Assembly: GCF_000020025.1 (NCBI RefSeq)
Contig: NC_010628.1
Span: 4,320,001-4,352,000, forward strand
From: Nostoc punctiforme PCC 73102
GTDB lineage: Bacteria; Cyanobacteriota; Cyanobacteriia; Cyanobacteriales; Nostocaceae
Direction: 5' to 3'
Length of the DNA stretch: 32,000 bases
The notes under the pieces are model-generated. The model did no database searches, was not told the origin of the DNA, and was given only the letters and a program-made list of their open reading frames with translations. The translations under genes were made by a program, and so were the position numbers. Of this stretch, positions 26,382 to 32,000 are shown piece after piece; position 1 is the first letter of the stretch; every line of letters begins with the position of its first letter.

Positions 26382-26568
26382 TCACTTAGAGGGTGTTTGA
26401 AAAGTCTAATTTATTACTCACCGGGCGACTGGAAGTCGCGGCTAAACAGTCAAAACCCACCTCCGTGGCTTAAAATCATTGATTTTCTCTTAGTCCACGA
26501 AGGTGGACTTGGTTTGTGTAGTAGCGAATTCTATTCGCCTAAAACTTTTCAAACAACCTCTTAGGTGA
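26382..26568. mobile_element. MITE-like non-autonomous element between convergent genes
   Basis: Terminal inverted repeats: TCACTTAGAGGGTGTTTGAAAAGT (26382-26405) and ACTTTTCAAACAACCTCTTAGGTGA (26544-26568). Internal hairpins: GCGAC-TGGAA-GTCGC, CCACCTCCGTGG / CCACGAAGGTGG, and GCGAAT-TCT-ATTCGC. No coding capacity. Confidence 0.65.
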
Positions 26569-26633
26569 GTTACAAAACCTAGCAATCGCTGATAATATCA
26601 AATATTATAAAGAGTTTCTACCCCCTGCCCCCT

Positions 26634-28622
26634 TCACATCCACCCCCCAACTTCCGCATCAGTTAAAGGTTTCTCTAACTTGCTATATTCCGTCTGAGCA
26701 GCCCGCAATACGTGTTTCATCTGCACTGCTTCCCCGGCATCGGCGGCGAGGAAAGCTGCATTTAAGGCTATGTTACGGATGTTACCCCCAGCGACATTTA
26801 GCCGTGCTAGTTGCAGGGCATCTAAGTCTGCGGTTGGGGTGTCGGCGGGAAAGACGCGCCGCCAAATCTCGGCTCGTTGTGTTGTATCGGGGAAGGGGAA
26901 TTGCACCACGAAGCGAATTCGGCGCAGAAAAGCTGTATCAATTGCACTTTTTAAGTTCGTAGTTAGGACTGCTAAACCTGGGTAGCTTTCCATGCGTTGC
27001 AACAGATAGCTAACTTCAATATTGGCATAGCGATCGCGCGCATCTTTAACTTCACTACGTTTGCCAAATAAAGCATCAGCTTCATCAAATAACAAAATCA
27101 CCCCGCCTTGTTCAGCAGCATCAAATACCCGGCGCAAATTCTTCTCTGTTTCGCCAATATATTTGCTAACTACCGATGATAGATCGATCCGATAAAGGTC
27201 GAGGCGCAATTTATGGGCGAGTACTTCTGCTCCCAAGGTTTTACCAGTGCCGCTAGCACCTGCGAATAAGGCACTAATTCCCAATCCTCTTGCACTCTTG
27301 CCACCAAAACCCCAATTGTTATATACAATACTGCGTTGACGCACATGAGCCGCAATTTCCCGGAGAACTTGTTTCTGTGCCTCTGGCAATACCAAGTCTT
27401 CCCAATCACCAGATGGCTCAATCCTTTGGGCGAGTTCATCCAAGCGCGGACGTGCTTGGACACGGCAGGCATCCCATAAAATGCTAGTGATATCGTTGTC
27501 TGGTTTTTGTGCTAACTGTCCTGCGGCTTCTGCACAAGCAGCCCGGATGGTTGCGGCACTTAGGTTAAACTGATCCACCAGGGTTTTAACTTGCCCGTTC
27601 ATTTGTGATGCCATTGAACCTAGGGCATCTTGCCAAACTGTACCTTGTTCTTTGCTAGTTGGTTGATGTACGTCAAAATTAACTACCAGGCGTTGTCCTA
27701 GTCCAATCCGTTCTCGGCTTGTAACTATTAAAAAGCCCTTGGTGCGTTCGATGAAACGTGCGATCGCATTTAGCCGCGCCATATCATTATTATCTAGTTC
27801 GTTGCAGTCTATGAGTAACGCACACTTACTTAAAATCGTCTCGCGAGTCCATAGGCGAATGAGATTATCTAACTCACTAGGTACTAAGGGAATCAGTTGT
27901 GCAGGCATTACCCACAAACTTAAACCCTGGAGTTGACAAATGGCCGCGGCAATGGCGCGTTTGCTAGTAGTTTCGCTACTAGATAGCTGCACGATTGGTA
28001 AGCTATTAATTTTGTCAGCTTGCGACCAAACTGCTGCTACTCGCTCTGCTAAATCTTGGTGTGACGGGACTAGATCGCTAACCTCTGGTAATGGTTCAAT
28101 GATGCCAGCTAATCGTTCGTCAAGATATTGAATGCCCGTGAGATAATGTAAAATTCGTTCGTCAATTCTGACGGGACTGAGAGTCAAGGCATGACCATCA
28201 CCAATTTGAATTAACCGCCAATGACGTAAGGGAGCATTTGGAGCGATCGCATCCCAGTGGACATTAGGTAAAGCGGACAGAGCTAAACTTAGAGTTGGGT
28301 AAGCTCGTTGTAAATCTCCGTGTGTTATGGCACACAATTTAGCAAAATCTCCATTCAACTCCATACCTGCACACAACAACAACAAATCACGTTCAAAGGA
28401 TGAGAGACTAAATATTTTGCATACTCTCTCCAATGCTGATGGCGCAGGCATTGCAGCAGCCGCTTCCTGTAAAGCTTGCTGTAAATTCTCTTGATTTTTC
28501 TCTACAGATTGATTCTGCTCTTTTGCTGTGTGATTTTCTAAAATCCCACGCACTAAGGCAAGGGCTGCTGATAGATAGCGGTAGTTTGCCTCATCCCAAT
28601 TGCGATTTGTTGTAGCATTCAT
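26634..28622 (-). CDS. AAA+ ATPase of the contractile-injection-system accessory type (Afp15/Pvc15/Cis15-like), 662 aa
   Basis: C-terminal AAA module: Walker A FAGASGTGKTLGAEVLA, Walker B VILLFDEADALFGKR, LTTNLKSAIDTAFLRRIRFVVQFPFP. The N-terminal IFSLSSFERDLLLLCAGMELNGDF segment is characteristic of this subfamily, by recollection. The start overlaps the upstream stop (ATGA at 28619-28622). Confidence 0.8.
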   Translation of the reverse strand: MNATTNRNWDEANYRYLSAALALVRGILENHTAKEQNQSVEKNQENLQQALQEAAAAMPAPSALERVCKIFSLSSFERDLLLLCAGMELNGDFAKLCAITHGDLQRAYPTLSLALSALPNVHWDAIAPNAPLRHWRLIQIGDGHALTLSPVRIDERILHYLTGIQYLDERLAGIIEPLPEVSDLVPSHQDLAERVAAVWSQADKINSLPIVQLSSSETTSKRAIAAAICQLQGLSLWVMPAQLIPLVPSELDNLIRLWTRETILSKCALLIDCNELDNNDMARLNAIARFIERTKGFLIVTSRERIGLGQRLVVNFDVHQPTSKEQGTVWQDALGSMASQMNGQVKTLVDQFNLSAATIRAACAEAAGQLAQKPDNDITSILWDACRVQARPRLDELAQRIEPSGDWEDLVLPEAQKQVLREIAAHVRQRSIVYNNWGFGGKSARGLGISALFAGASGTGKTLGAEVLAHKLRLDLYRIDLSSVVSKYIGETEKNLRRVFDAAEQGGVILLFDEADALFGKRSEVKDARDRYANIEVSYLLQRMESYPGLAVLTTNLKSAIDTAFLRRIRFVVQFPFPDTTQRAEIWRRVFPADTPTADLDALQLARLNVAGGNIRNIALNAAFLAADAGEAVQMKHVLRAAQTEYSKLEKPLTDAEVGGWM

Positions 28623-29893
28623 AAGATTGTCACCTGTGGCGAATCATAAGCTCCAGACTGATTCTTCTTGTGCAGTGGGCTTTCTGCCCCATCTACTTGC
28701 ACCCGAACAATATAAGTCCCTGGTTTTACATGTTTGACAGGAATAGTAATTGCATCGGTGTCTTCAGTGCGTGGTGCAACCAAGAAAGAGTAAGCTACCG
28801 GGCTATTAACTGATACTTCATTGAGTCGCAAAACTACTCGCTGTGCCTTACCAACTTTGGGCTGGAATTTAACGGTAATTTCTGCTGTGCGTAAATTGTC
28901 ACCGCTATTTTCCACTTGAGCGACAAATGCTGTAATTGTTGGATGGATGACAAAAGCTGCAACGTTTGATTCAAATACATAATCTGTTTGTCCTGCATTG
29001 CCCATTGTTAGATGTACAACTTGGATACCTTGCACACTTGCGTATAAATCTGATGGGATTAACAGGCTAATTTGTGTTTCTTTAACATCATGAGGTACTA
29101 GTAAAGTCTCCCTATGACTCAAACGGATTCGGGTAATCTCACCGCGTAAACGTTTACCACGAATTACTAATGTTGTGCCCGTAACAATCGTTTGATCGGT
29201 CTTTGTCGGTGCCATAACTTGCTCTATAATCGGTTGAGACAAGGGCATGATGTAGACTTCAGAATTTTCAGGTTTGCTACTCTCAATCAATACCATTGAT
29301 GCCAGATAGGTAGCTGAAGGTCGATAGTGTGTTTGTAACGCAGACCATAATTTAGAAGTTTCTTCCATGTTAAAAAACTCTGGAGTCAGTTTAATCTGAC
29401 CAATTTGTTCAGCTAAATCAGGTACAGATACACTTGCTACAGCTTGCGAAAAAGCACTTGAGGTATTGGTTGTAGAGGCATTTATCAGAGTATTCTCAAT
29501 AATATCCGATGTGATGGCTGGTGTTTTGTGTAATAAATGCATTGTATAGCCCAATAAAAGCTCCGCCTGAAAATCTTTGGCTCCATACGCTGTTAGTAAG
29601 TAATGGAGGTCAAGAGCTAGTGGGGGGCTCTGAGAGGATGCGTTTCCATTTATACGTGAATGCCTACTGCGAAATTCCTGAGATACCCAATCGACATTGC
29701 GGTTCTGTGTTACTTGATAAAGAAAGAGGTTGATTTGAGCCCGCTCGTCAGCTTCAACTGAAATTCGATCGGGCGGTAGGGCAGTTACAATCACATCACC
29801 AACACTAGCAGCGATCGGATCGCTGACTAAGCCATTTTCCAGCAAGACTTTTAGTACTGCTGTCACGGCGGCTATAGAGAGTACATTACTCAT
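28619..29893 (-). CDS. DUF4255 (Pvc16/Afp16/Cis16 N-terminal domain) protein with a long beta-rich C-terminal extension, 424 aa
   Basis: MSNVLSIAAVTAVLKVLLENGL, INLFLYQVTQNRN and LALDLHYLLTAYG are the motifs I associate with DUF4255. The C-terminal half reads as Ig/TIG-like beta segments (TLVIRGKRLRGEITRIRL; TAEITVKFQPKVGKAQRVVLRL; GTYIVRVQVDG). Confidence 0.75.
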   Translation of the reverse strand: MSNVLSIAAVTAVLKVLLENGLVSDPIAASVGDVIVTALPPDRISVEADERAQINLFLYQVTQNRNVDWVSQEFRSRHSRINGNASSQSPPLALDLHYLLTAYGAKDFQAELLLGYTMHLLHKTPAITSDIIENTLINASTTNTSSAFSQAVASVSVPDLAEQIGQIKLTPEFFNMEETSKLWSALQTHYRPSATYLASMVLIESSKPENSEVYIMPLSQPIIEQVMAPTKTDQTIVTGTTLVIRGKRLRGEITRIRLSHRETLLVPHDVKETQISLLIPSDLYASVQGIQVVHLTMGNAGQTDYVFESNVAAFVIHPTITAFVAQVENSGDNLRTAEITVKFQPKVGKAQRVVLRLNEVSVNSPVAYSFLVAPRTEDTDAITIPVKHVKPGTYIVRVQVDGAESPLHKKNQSGAYDSPQVTIL

Positions 29894-30290
29894 CCTCGTT
29901 CCTCATGGCAATAGCACATCTTAATCATGTACGCCAGAGTACATTGACAGAATATATTTTGCAAAACTTTAAATATTCTGTAACAGAGACTATCCGCATA
30001 GCATACGAAGTATCAGCACTAATGAAGCTAAAGACCTCGTATAATTTGCGTTAACTTTATATCAGGAACCAATTTAAAGTACCATAGGGCTTAATTTTAA
30101 ACATTTTATCAAATTGCTAACATTATTTTAAGTTAGTAATATGTTAAGCTGAGTATAATCAGATAAAGGCTAAGTAATATATATTACTAAATATTCATCT
30201 AAGTTACCAAGTAAGCAAAATATTTGTAATACTAGTAGTATATCTGAGCTAAAGTCAAAACCTTAAAGTTACTAGAATGGGTTCCCCCAG

Positions 30291-32000
30291 ATGAAATCCC
30301 CACCTCCTTCAAATTCTTGGATTGGTCGCTTGGTAGGTGATAACGAGCGATATCGTTTAGACAAACGGTTAGGCGGGGGTGGCATGGGAGATGTCTTCCT
30401 GGCAACGGACACCCGTGTGGGTCAACAGGTAGCGTTGAAGTTGCTCAAAGATACGCTGGTGGCATCACAAGAAATGAGAAAGCGTTTTGAGCGTGAGGTA
30501 GCAGTTTGTGCTGCTTTGCAAAGTGACCACATAGTTAAAATTAGTGATTGTGGATTCACTTCGGAAGGGTTTCCATTTTATGTAATGGAATATTTACGCG
30601 GGCAAACGCTCAGACAATTACTGCTGCGCGAGAAGCGGCTATCTGTTGAGCGGGCGGTAAAAATTATGGCGCAAGTTTGCAAAGGTTTACAGCTTGCCCA
30701 TCAAGGAGTTACTCTCCAACGGGAAGGCGGAAAAAGCACTGAGCATATTCAGGTAGTTCATCGTGACCTGAAACCAGATAATATATTTTTAGTACCTACA
30801 GATTTGGGTGAGTGGGTAAAGGTTTTGGATTTTGGTGTTGCCAAAATTCGGAGTGAATCTTCAGAAAATGCCAATATTACCAATATCACCAGTACTTTTA
30901 TTGGGACATTTCGTTATGCACCCCCTGAGCAAATCCAAAGCGATAAAAACCTGGATGCAAGGGGTGATATTTACAGTTTAGGAATTATCCTTTATGAAAT
31001 GCTGAGTGCTGCCGATCCCTTTGGAATCAGCATTAAGGGTAGTCATGTCAGCGAGGCTTCTTGGGTATTAGCTCATGCTTATGAACCACCGAAGCCACTG
31101 CGATCGCAGCCAGGTTGTGAGCATTATTCCACAGAATTGGAAGCAGTGGTGATGAAATGCCTCCACAAGAACCCAGCGAACCGATTTGCAACGGTAGAAG
31201 AATTGAATCAAGCTTTGCAAGCTGCTGCCAAATCTGTCACAAACACTATTAATTTACCCGGAAAAGCTATCGGGCAATCACAACCTTCCTATAATCAAGG
31301 TTCAAACCACGAAACTATTCCCAGACAGTCAAACGACGACACCGTTTACCGTCCTCCATCTGCATATAATCAAGGTTCAAACCACGAAACTGTTTCCAGA
31401 CAATCAAACGACGACACTGTTCTCCGTCCCCCATCTGCATACAATCAAGGTTCAAATCACGAAACTGTTCCCAGACAATCGAACGACGACACCGTTCTCC
31501 GTCCCCCATCTGCACATAATCAAGGTTCAAATCACGAAACTATTCCCAGACAATTTAACCCGATTGAGCAAAACCAATCTGAGGAACCACTCCCTCCCCT
31601 TCAGCCTAAATACAACCAAGGTTCAAATAACGAAACAGTTCCGAGGCAGTTTAATCCAGTTGAGCAAAGTCCACAGAGTCCTGTGAATAATCCCAACCCC
31701 AGCAAACCGGACGTGACCTTGTATCAACCGCGACCTGCGGCTAATCAAGGCGGACAACAAGTGCCACCAGATAAGACCTTGTATCAACCGAGACCTGGAG
31801 CTAATCAAGGCGGACAACAAGCGCCACCAGATAAGACATTATATCAACCGCGACCTGGGGCTAATCAAGGCAGACAACAAGTGCCACCAGATAAAACATT
31901 GTTTCAACCGCGACCTGCGGCTAATCAAGGCGGACAACCAGTGCCACCAGATAAGACATTGTTTCAACCGCGACCTGCATCCAATCAAGGCAGACCACAA
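30291..32000 (+). CDS. Hanks-type Ser/Thr protein kinase with a repeat-built P/Q/N-rich C-terminal tail (3' end beyond window)
   Basis: GGGGMGDVFLA (Gly loop), VALKLL (Lys), VVHRDLKPDNIFL, LDFGVAK, GTFRYAPPEQ. The frame stays open from the ATG at 30291 to the window end (570 codons). It is absent from the ORF track, presumably because it lacks a stop. Confidence 0.9.
   Translation, partial: MKSPPPSNSWIGRLVGDNERYRLDKRLGGGGMGDVFLATDTRVGQQVALKLLKDTLVASQEMRKRFEREVAVCAALQSDHIVKISDCGFTSEGFPFYVMEYLRGQTLRQLLLREKRLSVERAVKIMAQVCKGLQLAHQGVTLQREGGKSTEHIQVVHRDLKPDNIFLVPTDLGEWVKVLDFGVAKIRSESSENANITNITSTFIGTFRYAPPEQIQSDKNLDARGDIYSLGIILYEMLSAADPFGISIKGSHVSEASWVLAHAYEPPKPLRSQPGCEHYSTELEAVVMKCLHKNPANRFATVEELNQALQAAAKSVTNTINLPGKAIGQSQPSYNQGSNHETIPRQSNDDTVYRPPSAYNQGSNHETVSRQSNDDTVLRPPSAYNQGSNHETVPRQSNDDTVLRPPSAHNQGSNHETIPRQFNPIEQNQSEEPLPPLQPKYNQGSNNETVPRQFNPVEQSPQSPVNNPNPSKPDVTLYQPRPAANQGGQQVPPDKTLYQPRPGANQGGQQAPPDKTLYQPRPGANQGRQQVPPDKTLFQPRPAANQGGQPVPPDKTLFQPRPASNQGRPQ
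31290..31560 (+). repeat. 75-bp (25-codon) in-frame tandem repeat, about 3.5 copies
   Basis: Units start at 31290, 31365, 31440 and 31515 and encode YNQGSNHET(I/V)(P/S)RQSNDDTV(Y/L)RPPSA. A diverged partial copy (YNQGSNNETVPRQFNP) lies near 31610. Confidence 0.9.
31716..32000 (+). repeat. 60-bp (20-codon) in-frame tandem repeat, at least 4.7 copies, continuing off the window
   Basis: Units start at 31716, 31776, 31836, 31896 and 31956 and encode TL(Y/F)QPRP(A/G)ANQG(G/R)Q(Q/P)(V/A)PPDK. Confidence 0.9.

Noticed and set aside
31315-31820. Minus-strand ORFs 31315..31530 and 31623..31820 with internally repetitive translations
   Set aside because: They are mirror-frame artefacts of the 75-bp and 60-bp tandem repeats. 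Those repeats are in frame with the plus-strand kinase ORF, which has clear catalytic motifs upstream.
31290-32000. Regularly spaced repeats that might at first glance suggest a CRISPR array
   Set aside because: The units are directly adjacent with no unique spacers and have periods of 75 and 60 bp (multiples of 3). They are not palindromic and continue an open reading frame. They are coding tandem repeats.
1-32000. Search for tRNA, rRNA, tmRNA or riboswitch-like sequence in the intergenic regions
   Set aside because: I found no cloverleaf-compatible GTTCGAATC/T-loop context and no rRNA-like conserved blocks. The structured intergenic segments are all accounted for by inverted-repeat elements. 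A covariance-model scan (tRNAscan-SE, Infernal/Rfam) would be needed to exclude small ncRNAs.

Overview
This 32-kb chromosomal window looks like it comes from a filamentous, Nostocales-type cyanobacterium. Evidence: at least 20 copies of the HIP1 octamer GCGATCGC, Nostoc-style dispersed repeats and MITE-like palindromic elements, and an AMIN-domain TonB-dependent receptor. Layout: (i) 5-10413, minus strand. A FAAL-ACP-C loading protein, a stand-alone TauD/SyrP-like hydroxylase, a [degenerate C-like]-A-T NRPS module with an Asp/Asn-type specificity code, a GT1 glycosyltransferase and a second TauD-family dioxygenase. The operon runs off the left edge. (ii) 11238-17220, plus strand, divergent from (i). 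A PepSY membrane protein, a TonB-dependent receptor and an MFS exporter, flanked by what I read as decayed fragments of an older receptor/PepSY pair. Together (i) and (ii) look like a lipopeptide siderophore island with cyanochelin-like beta-hydroxy-Asx chemistry, but with an in-operon glycosyltransferase. (iii) 17401-19904. A strongly AT-rich islet with a second GT1 glycosyltransferase, a TPR-methyltransferase fusion and an IS630-type transposase HTH remnant. (iv) 20180-26357. Housekeeping-type genes separated by structured repeats: aspS, an 837-aa CPBP-protease fusion protein, a 51-aa ORF absent from the ORF track, and a DUF62 SAM hydrolase. (v) 26634-29893, minus strand. A translationally coupled DUF4255 (Afp16/Cis16-like) plus AAA+ ATPase (Afp15/Cis15-like) pair, with no sheath, tube or baseplate gene anywhere in the window. 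This is the candidate I would prioritise as a possibly undescribed stand-alone module. (vi) 30291-32000. A Ser/Thr kinase whose C-terminal tail is built from two families of near-perfect in-frame tandem repeats and runs off the right edge. I saw no rRNA, tRNA or CRISPR array. All family assignments come from motifs read by eye in the translations; no database search was possible.
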